A stretch of DNA of 45,243 nt from Escherichia phage vB_EcoS-CHD5UKE2. Shown one piece after another: positions 8,075-17,447 of this stretch. Numbering within the stretch: the stretch's first letter is position 1; each line of letters starts with the position of its first letter. The notes beneath the pieces are model-generated. The model did no database searches. It was not told the origin of the DNA and saw only the letters and a program-made list of their open reading frames with translations. The stretch lies in the sequence record NC_073059.1. One strand, written 5' to 3'. The position numbers and the translations under genes are program-made.

Positions 8075-9170
8075 GCCATAACCCCCGGTTTTTAAGCTGT
8101 GCAATAGTCATTAGTTCGCCGGTATCGGTGAACATCTTAGGCACTTTCACGCCGCGCATAATCTGGTCTGCGCGCTGCACCCCATATAATTCCTCCAGAA
8201 TATGGCGCGGCTGGCGCTGCACCCATGAGAAGAAATCAGTCTGCGCGTCGACCTGCTCACTCAGCAATCGACCCGCGTCAGCCTTCAGTGCCGGACGCTT
8301 ACCACTGGGCCAATCTTCCATGCCTTTAACTTTCCACGTCTCCGTCGAACGGCAGCAATAATGTAGCTTGCCCGGACCAGCGCCATATTGTGATCCAGCC
8401 ACCACTTTCCCGCCGCGCTTTCCTTTGGTGTCGGGAGTGACGTCAACAGGATAAAACAGGCGATCGCGTAGTTGGCACATTGGTGATGTGTGCGTATCCA
8501 ATGTAGCCAACCATTGGCGACCTTCGAGAATTTCGTCATTAGCTTTCACCATTAACTCGCGGGCGGTCGCCGCATAGTGGTTTACTGCGGACTTAACAAC
8601 ACTTGAGATAGCTTGCGCGCTACGACCGCCGAGAGCGCGCTTTACGTCCGCGATAATTTCCATAGTCGGCTTGCCCTGGATGAATCCAGCGCGCACCTGA
8701 TTCCCGATCTGCGTCCTGGTCCACTCAGAAAGTGAATCAGGCCATTGCATCATGGTGTTTCCCTGGAACGGGTTTTTCATAGCCGTGGCCGCAATCTGCG
8801 CGCCAGTCACTACGCCAACAACCTCAACAGCCGGTACGGCTACCGCAGGCTGGATCGCTGCCGTTAATGTATCGGCAAGATAATCAGCCTCGGTGTCGGC
8901 AAACTCCTGAAGGCTTTCAGCCAGCGCCTTAAACTCGGTGCGCAGTTCCGTTTTGACGGTTTTGTCTATTTGCGTTAACAGTGTGGTCAGTGCCTTGTTA
9001 TTCATGGACTTTTTGCCATCAAGTAACTCGGTCAGCTTGCCAAGTAACGTGGGTCGGAACTTCTCCCACATAGCCAACACCCGCCGCGCCTGGTCATTGC
9101 TCAGGCGCTGGGTGAAGATGTGACGGCGAATCATGCGATCCGCCATATGTTGATTAATTGTTCTCGCCAT
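8067..9170 (-). CDS. Head morphogenesis protein (Mu F / SPP1 gp7-like)
   Basis: 367 aa after the portal gene; motif TLDTHTSPMCQLRD typical of Phage_Mu_F domain. Confidence 0.6.
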   Translation of the reverse strand: MARTINQHMADRMIRRHIFTQRLSNDQARRVLAMWEKFRPTLLGKLTELLDGKKSMNNKALTTLLTQIDKTVKTELRTEFKALAESLQEFADTEADYLADTLTAAIQPAVAVPAVEVVGVVTGAQIAATAMKNPFQGNTMMQWPDSLSEWTRTQIGNQVRAGFIQGKPTMEIIADVKRALGGRSAQAISSVVKSAVNHYAATARELMVKANDEILEGRQWLATLDTHTSPMCQLRDRLFYPVDVTPDTKGKRGGKVVAGSQYGAGPGKLHYCCRSTETWKVKGMEDWPSGKRPALKADAGRLLSEQVDAQTDFFSWVQRQPRHILEELYGVQRADQIMRGVKVPKMFTDTGELMTIAQLKNRGLWRD

Positions 9171-10674
9171 TGTCCGCTACCTTGTCCGGGTCTTCTTCGG
9201 TAGATTCTACCGCATCAGGGGACATTTGAGGCAATGGATTCTGATTTCGCAATTCGTCTTCCACCTGCTCTACGGTTTGCGAGTCATCGATAACGCCCTG
9301 CGCCATCATCCACTTGATGAAGTCAGCCAGTCGGACCGTACCGGTCTGAACACCAGCCATCATTGCGGTCATAAGCTGCGCGTCAACCGTGATTTCGGTG
9401 TAGAACTTGTTCAGCGTCACGCGCTGGTCCGCGGTATCACCCGTGAATAGCTGGACGATTTGCAGCGCACGGTTGAAAGCCTTCTCAACGTTACCGGCAA
9501 TGAGCGACAGGATACTATTGTCAGTCTGCGCATCGTATGCCGCTTCAGTTGCCGTCTTTGGTGCAGTCCCCTTCTCAACCAGGGCCGCGCCCAGTTTAGC
9601 CATCTGCAATTCGCGGCGCTCACAAAGTGCAACAGACAAGTTGCGCTCCTCGGCCTGAATCAGTTTAGCGTCCATGTTCTGGCCCAGGATAACGCCCTTA
9701 GTCGCGCCGAGAGCAATCCCACCCTTCAGGTTTTTGTCGGCCCATGATTGAGTCAAGCCCGTGGCGACAAGGGTAGGCTGACCCACGATGTGCGCGATCT
9801 CGGCAACGTCCGCCTCAGCGTTGTAGTGCTTAATGTTGATGGATGCAATATCCGCCAGCGGCGCGGCGTCAGGCGTTGCGTTGTTGTCCACCGCACCGCA
9901 CCAGCAAAATGGCAGTTGAGTAAGCGCTCGACCGGCAGCATCCACCAGCGGCACAAGCTCGGTGCGGGTGAAGCCACGCGGCAAATCCATCTGCACCTCG
10001 GACGTGTCTGCGTTGTAAAACCAGCGGCGGGCGTGTGCTGCGCCGTTAATCATGCGCAATTCAGTCCAGATCGTTACTTCGTGGTTTGCAAAGTCGTCCG
10101 GGTCTTCGGTGCTGATTTCGTCCGTTTCCTTCAGCACGATTAGCGTGTCAATCCCGTGGGTCTGCCGCCAGTTGATGATCTGTTCTGCCGTATACAGGCG
10201 GATAAGCGGGCGGTGCGTCGCCATCTCGGCGGCGGTCTGCGGCACTACGTTACCCAGTTCATCAAAGTTAGCCTGGCGGTCGTAGTCCACCATAAAGCCC
10301 GCGCGGCCCGATTGCAGCACTTCCGACATAGCACCGCGCAGGAGTTGCGGCAGTGGCATTCCGCTGCCGTCTACGTCATCAATCAGGTCAGCCATCGCCC
10401 CGGAAAGGTCCAGACTTACCGGCTTAGCGAAGGCGACGCCTAACAGCGCATTAAGCGTGCGTGCGGTGGCGTTCAGGAATACAGCGCGTTGCTTATATGC
10501 CTTATATCGCGCCCGTGCTTTCGGGTCGGTATTATCGCCACTGGCGGGATGTGGCAGGTACAAGGGGCCGCACGCCTTCACGGCGCGCTCCCCCGCTACG
10601 CAATCCCGGATCATTTTCCACTCCTGCGCGATGCGCGCATAGAGTGGGTGCTGGTTGTCAACGTTAACGGTCAT
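9154..10674 (-). CDS. Portal protein
   Basis: 506 aa immediately downstream of the terminase large subunit; RBS AAGGAA; acidic C-terminus. Confidence 0.65.
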   Translation of the reverse strand: MTVNVDNQHPLYARIAQEWKMIRDCVAGERAVKACGPLYLPHPASGDNTDPKARARYKAYKQRAVFLNATARTLNALLGVAFAKPVSLDLSGAMADLIDDVDGSGMPLPQLLRGAMSEVLQSGRAGFMVDYDRQANFDELGNVVPQTAAEMATHRPLIRLYTAEQIINWRQTHGIDTLIVLKETDEISTEDPDDFANHEVTIWTELRMINGAAHARRWFYNADTSEVQMDLPRGFTRTELVPLVDAAGRALTQLPFCWCGAVDNNATPDAAPLADIASINIKHYNAEADVAEIAHIVGQPTLVATGLTQSWADKNLKGGIALGATKGVILGQNMDAKLIQAEERNLSVALCERRELQMAKLGAALVEKGTAPKTATEAAYDAQTDNSILSLIAGNVEKAFNRALQIVQLFTGDTADQRVTLNKFYTEITVDAQLMTAMMAGVQTGTVRLADFIKWMMAQGVIDDSQTVEQVEDELRNQNPLPQMSPDAVESTEEDPDKVADNGENN

Positions 10675-10684
10675 GGTCGTTTCC

Positions 10685-12070
10685 TTAGTAGAAGTCTACA
10701 GTTGGAACAACGGCGATAGGTCGAATCACTGGGAACAGGTGCGCAACAGGGTAGCCCGCGGCATCGTTCATGTGGTCCACACCGGCGGTTTTATCCGGCT
10801 CGCCTTTCTTCAGGTCATAAACCTGCTGTTCCAGACATTTCGCTAGTGTAGGGCATTTATCCAGGTTGACAAAATACTGGCGCACGCCCTTCGAGTTGCA
10901 CATCATCGTATTCATCGCGATCAATCTGTCTTTCACGGGCGGGTTAACGCTGTCATACTCCACCTCGAAGCCAGCGTCTTCCAGTTGCGCGATATCGGAC
11001 GACGATGCGTTAACAGTCTTACGAGACTTGCCACTGCTATCCGGGTAAACGACGACCCGACCGGCAGCACAATGATCGGGGTAGCGCTCCTCGATCGCCT
11101 CAATCATAGCCGGGGTATCAAACAGGTCCACGAATTCATCCACTGCGTGAATCTCGTCGCGGAACTCCTTGTTCTCGGTAGTGTGCTGCCGTCTGACGTA
11201 CACAACCGCCGCCATTTTCGTTACGTTAAAGTCCATACCGATAATCAGCGTATCATCCGGATGCACTTCCTCGGTGCTGGCGTTCTCTTCTCGGTTAAAC
11301 ATCTTATAGACCGCGCCAGACGTAAGGTTGACAAACAGGCCGTTCAGGTATGCGTCAATCAGGTTTGCCGGGTACTGGCTTCGCAGCGTGTCGATAAAGT
11401 CTGCCGGTAAGTGGTGGTTGTCGGTAGTCTTTGCCCTGATCAAACGTTTTTGGCTATCCTTCTCCACTTCGAAAATCTGATACATCGCCCGGAAGCCTTC
11501 CGGCGTGGATACGATGACAAACTGGCGCACCAGGCCCGCACGCAGACGACCAAGCAATTTGTGGTAAGCCGCCATAGCGACGTCTTGCTTCGTGGTGTCG
11601 AACTCATCGGCAACAATCCACGCGGCGTTAACCCCGATCAGGCGGGTGTAGTTCTCCATTGACTCACAAATAACGCGCGTCCATTTGCCTTTCACCAGCA
11701 CGCTGTAAATTTTATCTTGCTTGTTGAACTTCCACCGGAATCCAGCCTCGTCGAAAGCCTTCTCAAGCTCCGGGTACATGATTTTAACAAGGAGTGGAAT
11801 AGTCGGTTCGGTCACGATGCCATCATGACCAGGGTTAAGTGTAAGAAGCTGGATGACCTTACGCGCCGCGACCCATGACTTTCCGCCACCGAAGCCGGAG
11901 CAAAGGCCGAGGATTTTAGTCTTAGTGTCGCGCAGTAATTCCACCTGGTGCGGTAGGCAATCAGGCTGATACAGGCGGACGGCCTGCGCAACGCGCGTAG
12001 GGCGTGGCGGACGGTTGCGCTTTGCGATCGAGCGCTCAAGTGCGCGGTGTTCTGCCGCATAGTTACGCAT
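10685..12070 (-). CDS. Terminase large subunit
   Basis: 461 aa; Walker A-like GFGGGKS near the N-terminus; overlaps the small-subunit stop. Confidence 0.7.
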   Translation of the reverse strand: MRNYAAEHRALERSIAKRNRPPRPTRVAQAVRLYQPDCLPHQVELLRDTKTKILGLCSGFGGGKSWVAARKVIQLLTLNPGHDGIVTEPTIPLLVKIMYPELEKAFDEAGFRWKFNKQDKIYSVLVKGKWTRVICESMENYTRLIGVNAAWIVADEFDTTKQDVAMAAYHKLLGRLRAGLVRQFVIVSTPEGFRAMYQIFEVEKDSQKRLIRAKTTDNHHLPADFIDTLRSQYPANLIDAYLNGLFVNLTSGAVYKMFNREENASTEEVHPDDTLIIGMDFNVTKMAAVVYVRRQHTTENKEFRDEIHAVDEFVDLFDTPAMIEAIEERYPDHCAAGRVVVYPDSSGKSRKTVNASSSDIAQLEDAGFEVEYDSVNPPVKDRLIAMNTMMCNSKGVRQYFVNLDKCPTLAKCLEQQVYDLKKGEPDKTAGVDHMNDAAGYPVAHLFPVIRPIAVVPTVDFY

Positions 12071-12621
12071 TATTCGCCCTGGCCTTTGCCGGTTGGCTCA
12101 ACAACGACGTCGCCGTTATCATCTTCGTCGTCATCCAGCGGAGCATCGTCACGAATGCCGTGGTTGGCTTTAAGCAGGAACGTAGCGAAGCCAGCCGCGA
12201 TGGTCACGCCGCCAGCTTCCATCAGGAAAGTTTTCTGCAACTCCATAGCGTCCGCCATCGCTTCGGCGAACTCCTCATGTGCGCGCGCCCAGCGGTACAG
12301 GCAAGCGATGCCAACGCCAATATCCGCGGCAAAGCGACCGAGAGTCGGCATCTTGTTGTGAGGGATTACTTGCGCAGCGCCCTTGTCGGAGTAGTTGATC
12401 TGCCAGGCTACGGCATCAGCAAAATAGCGGCGAAGCTGGTCACAATATACGGTGCGGTAGTCGGTCGGGCGTCCGCATTTGCCGCCTTTACGACGTTTGC
12501 CGTATTCGATCTCAGGTCCAAGATTGGTGTGTTCTGTTTGCTCGCCTGGTTTACGGCGCGGGGTAACTGCTACTCGTCCGTCCAGTTTGGCACGACGGCC
12601 TTTAACTTTGATTTCTGCCAT
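12070..12621 (-). CDS. Terminase small subunit (putative)
   Basis: Start revised to ATG 12621 (MAEIKVKGRRAKL...); basic N-terminus, HTH-like LGRFAADIGVGIACLYRWA, acidic C-terminus; stop overlaps TerL start. Confidence 0.5.
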   Translation of the reverse strand: MAEIKVKGRRAKLDGRVAVTPRRKPGEQTEHTNLGPEIEYGKRRKGGKCGRPTDYRTVYCDQLRRYFADAVAWQINYSDKGAAQVIPHNKMPTLGRFAADIGVGIACLYRWARAHEEFAEAMADAMELQKTFLMEAGGVTIAAGFATFLLKANHGIRDDAPLDDDEDDNGDVVVEPTGKGQGE

Positions 12622-12738
12622 GATATAAGCCCTTTTATGCATATGCGCCGACCATCGGCAGCATAGGAGACGGCCCAGCCATCTAAGGGGGATTATAACA
12701 GGCACAAAAAAGCCCACCAAATCGGCGGGCTGGGAGGA

Positions 12739-12951
12739 TTAAACGGCGCGACCGTAGTATCTGGTCAACATGCTTTCTACTTCGCTTATAGCGCCTTCTG
12801 TGTAGCGTATCTGCGATAGTATCTCGATCCGCTCACTGATAGACATGCCGATTGCCGCTGCCGTTCGTTCGAATCGGCGCAAGCCTTCGAGTTGTTTGCG
12901 TAGCTCTTTCAGGCGGGTGGCCTGCGTGCTCATGAATACTTGTCTAATCAT
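12739..12951 (-). CDS. Hypothetical protein
   Basis: 70 aa ORF; ATGA overlap with the upstream gene; weak terminator-like hairpin downstream. Confidence 0.45.
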   Translation of the reverse strand: MIRQVFMSTQATRLKELRKQLEGLRRFERTAAAIGMSISERIEILSQIRYTEGAISEVESMLTRYYGRAV

Positions 12952-14090
12952 TTCAACATTTCCGGGCTAATGGTTAAGCGCGCTACTTCGCCATAGTTGG
13001 CGCTATAGGTGATGACGTTTGCACTGCGACCAGACATCCAACCGCCGCGGCTTGCATATGCGTCTTTCGCGGCAAGGGTCCGGTGCTGTTCGACAATCAT
13101 GTTGCGGGATTCTACAATCTTCTGGTGGTGCAAGTGGCCTACATGCGCGTAGCTGTACTCACTGGAACCGAAAGCCTGTCTGAATTTAGAAATCATAACC
13201 GGCTCGATAGCATCAAAGCGTGCTTTGTGCCCGTGGTGGAAAAACAGCGTTGTCTTTCCGTGCTGCACCATTTTGTAAACGTCCGGGGATGTATCCACAT
13301 CGACGCGCGGCTCGTTCTCGTACAGGGTATTGAACATCTCCGCCAGCCAAATCATACCGGACTCATCATGATTACCCTGGACGATTAGCAGTTTGACCTT
13401 ATGGTGTTTTTGCAGCGCCAGTTCAACCACGTTGCGCACCATGCGAATCATGTAGCGGACCAACTTCTGGTAGCGGGTGTCCGCGTCCAGTACGTGACCA
13501 CTGGCTGGAGTGACGGCGTCGAGGCTATCAAAGTGCGCCATATCGCCGAGGATATTGATCACGGCAGTGCCTGCGTCCGGGGCGCGTGCGAAGGCTTCGA
13601 CAAACCAGCGGTAGAACAGGTCTTCGGCGATCGCCATATCCCAGTCCTCGCCAGTCTCCTCGCCCCAGGCCAACATGCCCAGGTGGAAGTCGGACACGGT
13701 GTACAGGTTGAGCAAGTCTAGTGCCTGGATCGGTACTGGCGGGGCGTTTACTGGCGCTGCCGGTGTGATTTCGCTGTTCATACCCTCGACAACAGCGCGC
13801 ATAGCTTCGAGTTGGCGCTCCTTGTCCTGCTCAGTGATGACCCACGACATGACCTCTTCGCCATTGCCGCGCACCAGGGCCGATACGCGCTTAACCCCAA
13901 AGCCATCGGCAACGCGCTTGCGGATTACGGCATCGTTGCCGTGTCCAATGCCTTTTTTCGATAGGCGGGCTTTCCGCATATAAACATTGCGTAGGGCAAT
14001 CCCGTATTTCTTCGCAATATCTTTAACCGTAGTCCCTGCCTGAATTTCTGCGATCAATTGCTCATCGGTAATTTTAGTTTGCGGGTGCAT
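12948..14090 (-). CDS. HTH-domain / calcineurin-like metallophosphoesterase fusion
   Basis: N-terminal HTH-like TVKDIAKKYGIALRNVYMRKARL; phosphoesterase motifs DFHLG, GDMAHF, GNHDE, HHGH, GHLHH. Confidence 0.55.
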   Translation of the reverse strand: MHPQTKITDEQLIAEIQAGTTVKDIAKKYGIALRNVYMRKARLSKKGIGHGNDAVIRKRVADGFGVKRVSALVRGNGEEVMSWVITEQDKERQLEAMRAVVEGMNSEITPAAPVNAPPVPIQALDLLNLYTVSDFHLGMLAWGEETGEDWDMAIAEDLFYRWFVEAFARAPDAGTAVINILGDMAHFDSLDAVTPASGHVLDADTRYQKLVRYMIRMVRNVVELALQKHHKVKLLIVQGNHDESGMIWLAEMFNTLYENEPRVDVDTSPDVYKMVQHGKTTLFFHHGHKARFDAIEPVMISKFRQAFGSSEYSYAHVGHLHHQKIVESRNMIVEQHRTLAAKDAYASRGGWMSGRSANVITYSANYGEVARLTISPEMLK

Positions 14091-14300
14091 ATTTAATTAA
14101 TTCCTGATTAGTGGACCGTGGACAATATACCACGGTCCGTATGGCGGCGGGCTATATCAATTCGCAAATAACCATGCCGATAAAAGCCGCGGTGGTCCAG
14201 ATCGCTAATACCCAAATATCTTTACGTGCCATCTTGATTACTCCTCCAGTTGATTGGTTGCAGTATGGCCCCTGTGTTGGTTGCGAGTCAAGCAATAAAA

Positions 14301-14320
14301 AGCCCGGAATTAACCGGGCT
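14301..14320 (-). terminator. Rho-independent terminator at the end of the lysis cassette
   Basis: Hairpin agcccgg-aattaa-ccgggct followed by a T-tract on the minus strand. Confidence 0.5.
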
Positions 14321-14327
14321 TGATTGT

Positions 14328-14495
14328 TTACGTCACTGGGTCAGATTCTTCCTGTGGCGGCGGGCTAGGCAGCTTCGCGTCAAAGACGCCTGCATGGCTG
14401 ATAGTGTCCGCGATGATAGCGCGTGCGCCAGGGTCTTCGGTTTTAGCCAGCGCGGCGAGCGCGTCCGCATTATGATCAAGAATACTTTTTAACAT
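14328..14495 (-). CDS. Small hypothetical protein (55 aa), not in ORF track
   Basis: ATG 14495 with RBS GAGGTGA; MLKSILDHNADALAALAKTEDPGARAIIADTISHAGVFDAKLPSPPPQEESDPVT; terminator immediately downstream. Confidence 0.4.
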   Translation of the reverse strand: MLKSILDHNADALAALAKTEDPGARAIIADTISHAGVFDAKLPSPPPQEESDPVT

Positions 14496-14511
14496 ATCGT
14501 GTCACCTCGTA

Positions 14512-15003
14512 TTATGCAGCGTTACGACCGATTCGCTCGGCAACGTCCCACTGCTTACCATCGAATAGCGCTTGCCTGCCGATTGCACGGCGCACCAGAC
14601 CCTTAAGCACTTCGCCACCTTGCTTGCGGAACTGCGGCAGAGTAGCTCGTACCTTCGCCCAGTCGCCCAAGCGCACCGCGTCGTCGAAGTCATTGGCAAT
14701 ATGGTCCGGTACGATCGGACCTTGACCTGCATTGATAACCAGGTCCACCAGCGCGTCGAATTGCGCCTGGTTAATGCTCTTATGCGCGTATTTGTTCACC
14801 CAGTCCTCAGCATACGCCACATCGCGCTTAAGTAGCTCCAGCGCTTCCGCGCGGGTAATGCTTCGAGGCGGGTTAGTGCCAGTGTGACCATAACCCCAGG
14901 TGTACAGGCCGCGGGCCTGCTCTTTCTTAGTCGCGAAATACGGCACCGGGCTAAACGTCTCCCATGCTGCCGTAAATCGTAGACCGTTGTCACTGAATCG
15001 CAT
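14512..15003 (-). CDS. Endolysin (lysozyme, T4-lysozyme-like)
   Basis: 163 aa; TWGYGHT motif and overall lysozyme-like composition; directly downstream of holin-like genes. Confidence 0.6.
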   Translation of the reverse strand: MRFSDNGLRFTAAWETFSPVPYFATKKEQARGLYTWGYGHTGTNPPRSITRAEALELLKRDVAYAEDWVNKYAHKSINQAQFDALVDLVINAGQGPIVPDHIANDFDDAVRLGDWAKVRATLPQFRKQGGEVLKGLVRRAIGRQALFDGKQWDVAERIGRNAA

Positions 15004-15235
15004 GTTTTACCCCATTCAAAACAGCATTACGCAGCGTGCGCAATGCAAACAGCCAGATTAACGCGGTCCAGGTGGTGTCAGATACGTCTCCTGTTTGCAA
15101 CAATCCGATAACGCAGATCATCGCCGTTAGCAGATATAGCACCCGGCCTAAAATGCCATCCTTGACGGACGGCGCATACACGTTAAACAGGGACGAAGCC
15201 CCTATGATAACAAACAACAGGACGGAGATAATCAT
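14990..15235 (-). CDS. Holin-like small membrane protein
   Basis: 81 aa with 2-3 hydrophobic helices; overlaps the endolysin start. Confidence 0.5.
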   Translation of the reverse strand: MIISVLLFVIIGASSLFNVYAPSVKDGILGRVLYLLTAMICVIGLLQTGDVSDTTWTALIWLFALRTLRNAVLNGVKHAIQ

Positions 15236-15522
15236 TTTGCGCCCCCCGGAAGTCGGAACGACTCAATAGTCTCCCTGATCCGGGCGGCTATTGGCATCCA
15301 GAAGATTGCAGTTACGAACCCCAAACCGGCGACAGTGCGCTCGCCAGATAAACCAGCCCACTCGGCGATAGCAGGCGCACCAAAGATGGCACACAAGAAG
15401 CCGACCACGATATATAAAACGAAGTTTAGCGGCCCTTTCGTAGCCTCACCGTGAATGCGAGCGCCAACGAAGCCACCTGCAAGACACGCGAGGGCGAATA
15501 ACCACTCGTTTAGCTTATCCAT
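15232..15522 (-). CDS. Holin (putative)
   Basis: 96 aa with hydrophobic helices and charged C-terminus; ATGA overlap with the next gene. Confidence 0.5.
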   Translation of the reverse strand: MDKLNEWLFALACLAGGFVGARIHGEATKGPLNFVLYIVVGFLCAIFGAPAIAEWAGLSGERTVAGLGFVTAIFWMPIAARIRETIESFRLPGGAK

Positions 15523-15574
15523 AAAAAAGTCCCAGTAAGTTTTAGCTCACTGGGACTATATCACGCTTGCATAA

Positions 15575-15862
15575 TTAATCGAAAATGGACCACTTGCCGA
15601 CGCCTTTCCATTCCCACCCGGATGATCGGACGGCCTCAAACCTTCGGCCTCCAAGCATATCCAGATACCATAGCCACCACATGCGCAACCTGGTCGGGTG
15701 TTCCGTTATGCCTCGGCGCTTGTATATCTGGAACGTCATCCGGGTAATGCTGGCGGCTTCCACCGCGGGCCATACCAGGAATATCCAAATCAGCAGCGCC
15801 AGCACCATAGCAAAGAGCGACGCACACCCCAAACCAAACCAAAATATCAGATCGTGTATCAT
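15575..15862 (-). CDS. Small membrane protein
   Basis: Hydrophobic segments (LIFWFGLGCASLFAMVLALLIWIFLVW); start taken at ATG 15862 forming ATGA overlap with the upstream micro-ORF. Confidence 0.45.
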   Translation of the reverse strand: MIHDLIFWFGLGCASLFAMVLALLIWIFLVWPAVEAASITRMTFQIYKRRGITEHPTRLRMWWLWYLDMLGGRRFEAVRSSGWEWKGVGKWSIFD

Positions 15863-15960
15863 AATTTGCACCATAAGTATTTAATCAGGCCGATAATCCC
15901 AGCCAACAAGACCAGGGCCGCAAGACTGCCGCTGCACATTATCGCGAGGATGTATAGCAT
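15859..15960 (-). CDS. 33-aa hydrophobic peptide, not in ORF track
   Basis: ATG 15960 with RBS GAGGGGG 7 nt upstream; MLYILAIMCSGSLAALVLLAGIIGLIKYLWCKL. Confidence 0.35.
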   Translation of the reverse strand: MLYILAIMCSGSLAALVLLAGIIGLIKYLWCKL

Positions 15961-16081
15961 TGTATTGCCCCCTCTGGTTGTCCAATATGGCGCGCCCAAG
16001 CACGCGCCACGAAGTAATTGCAGAACACTCGCCCGCCTATCTCAAAGCGGTTATGCATGAGCATATCACGGATAGTCGCGC

Positions 16082-16696
16082 TCATTTCTGGATAATCTTC
16101 TGCGGGTGAACTGCGGTCATGCTGCCGTCGTATTCCACGCGGATGAAAGCCACGCCGTAGTCACGGGCCATACGCTGGGCGTTCGTAACGGCATCAAAGC
16201 GGTTGACGATTTCGCGTGTGGTACTGCGAATAGCTTCCTGCACTTTGCTTGCGTCGTAGGTCGCATATGCGGGCTGGGACTTGCGGAACTCAACGCGCGT
16301 CTTCTGTGCCACCTCACGCGTTATGCGGTTAATGGCGTCCGCTATGGTGTTCGGGCGCTCATGCGGCTGGTGGTCACGCTTGTTGTACTTGCGGCCCACT
16401 CGTTCGAAGTGGATTAGCCCGAAGTACGTCATGCCCTTAAGCAAGATGCCCGCTTTCATACGCAGGCCGTGCTGGCCGGTGTATTCCACGACCCATAGTT
16501 GCCCGTCGCGAATATCCCGCAGCACATCGCCGCGCTCGATATCGTGGGTGAGTACGTCGAAGTTTTCCGACAGCTTGTCTTTCTTCGCCCACCAGACTTT
16601 ATCACTTGCTTCGTGGTGCAAGCGGACGTATGCCTCAAGGGTCTGGATCGGCTTCAGTATGCGCCCGTCCGATTTGCGGCGGAATAGTAATCTCAT
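16082..16696 (-). CDS. Hypothetical protein
   Basis: 204 aa ORF translationally coupled (ATGA) to the upstream micro-gene. Confidence 0.5.
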   Translation of the reverse strand: MRLLFRRKSDGRILKPIQTLEAYVRLHHEASDKVWWAKKDKLSENFDVLTHDIERGDVLRDIRDGQLWVVEYTGQHGLRMKAGILLKGMTYFGLIHFERVGRKYNKRDHQPHERPNTIADAINRITREVAQKTRVEFRKSQPAYATYDASKVQEAIRSTTREIVNRFDAVTNAQRMARDYGVAFIRVEYDGSMTAVHPQKIIQK

Positions 16697-16845
16697 GGGA
16701 AAATCTCCTCAATCTCATCGACCGTCTTATTGTCGCCATCGCAAACAGTAGCGATGCCGTCCATCTCGTAGTCCAGGATGCAAGATAACAGGTCTACGAA
16801 TTGCTGCGAATATCCTGCCATTAGCGTTATTTGCATTGGCGTCAT
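16693..16845 (-). CDS. 50-aa acidic protein, not in ORF track
   Basis: ATG 16845 with RBS GGAG; ATGA overlaps at both ends; MTPMQITLMAGYSQQFVDLLSCILDYEMDGIATVCDGDNKTVDEIEEIFP. Confidence 0.45.
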   Translation of the reverse strand: MTPMQITLMAGYSQQFVDLLSCILDYEMDGIATVCDGDNKTVDEIEEIFP

Positions 16846-17111
16846 TTGCTCAGTCTCCAGTGTTTGCCTACCCGCTCAACGGCGGGCTTCCGGCGTAATG
16901 TAATACGGATTCCCATTGGTTGCAAGGAAGTCCGCACATAGAAATCATGTTGTGCTGCGAACTGGTGCAAGTAGCGAGTCTGCGTAAGTGGCTTCACGTC
17001 GTCGCGATAGCACCAGTACACGGAATCGCCCTCAATCGCATTCTTAGCCCATATTCGTACGCAATGCAGGGGAATATGCCAAGAAAGCTGTTTAGCTCGC
17101 CTACGGCTCAT
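16842..17111 (-). CDS. Hypothetical protein
   Basis: 89 aa ORF in the coupled chain. Confidence 0.45.
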   Translation of the reverse strand: MSRRRAKQLSWHIPLHCVRIWAKNAIEGDSVYWCYRDDVKPLTQTRYLHQFAAQHDFYVRTSLQPMGIRITLRRKPAVERVGKHWRLSK

Positions 17112-17120
17112 TTTGACCCC

Positions 17121-17447
17121 TTATTTCGCAAGCTGGGCGAATAGTTCGCGCTGGGCTTTAATCCGGGCGACGTTTGTCACTGCCTTACCGCCAATACCGA
17201 AGCGATACGCCAGGCGCTCACGGGCAAATGCAAGCGCGTAGTCCTGGATAGCGTTCGCCAACGGCTGGATCTCCGCCATCGTGTCGAAGCGGCGCTCAAG
17301 CATCCAGGCGATGGCCTGCTGCGCGAAGCGAACAACGGACCACGCTGCCGCTAGTCTTTCGACCGCTTCCGCCCCTTCACCGGCGAACTCCGCCGCTTCT
17401 TGTGCCGCCGCCATTGCCAGTGAGTAATTCCAGATTAATGCTCTCAT
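17121..17447 (-). CDS. Hypothetical protein (first gene of the minus-strand late block)
   Basis: 108 aa; RBS AGAGGA before ATG 17447; promoter-like TTGCAT-N17-TAGATT with GCAACCAAT motifs upstream. Confidence 0.5.
   Translation of the reverse strand: MRALIWNYSLAMAAAQEAAEFAGEGAEAVERLAAAWSVVRFAQQAIAWMLERRFDTMAEIQPLANAIQDYALAFARERLAYRFGIGGKAVTNVARIKAQRELFAQLAK

Noticed and set aside
12004-12666. 220-aa plus-strand ORF antisense to the terminase small subunit gene
   Set aside because: Overlaps the small/large terminase junction on the wrong strand; no start signals
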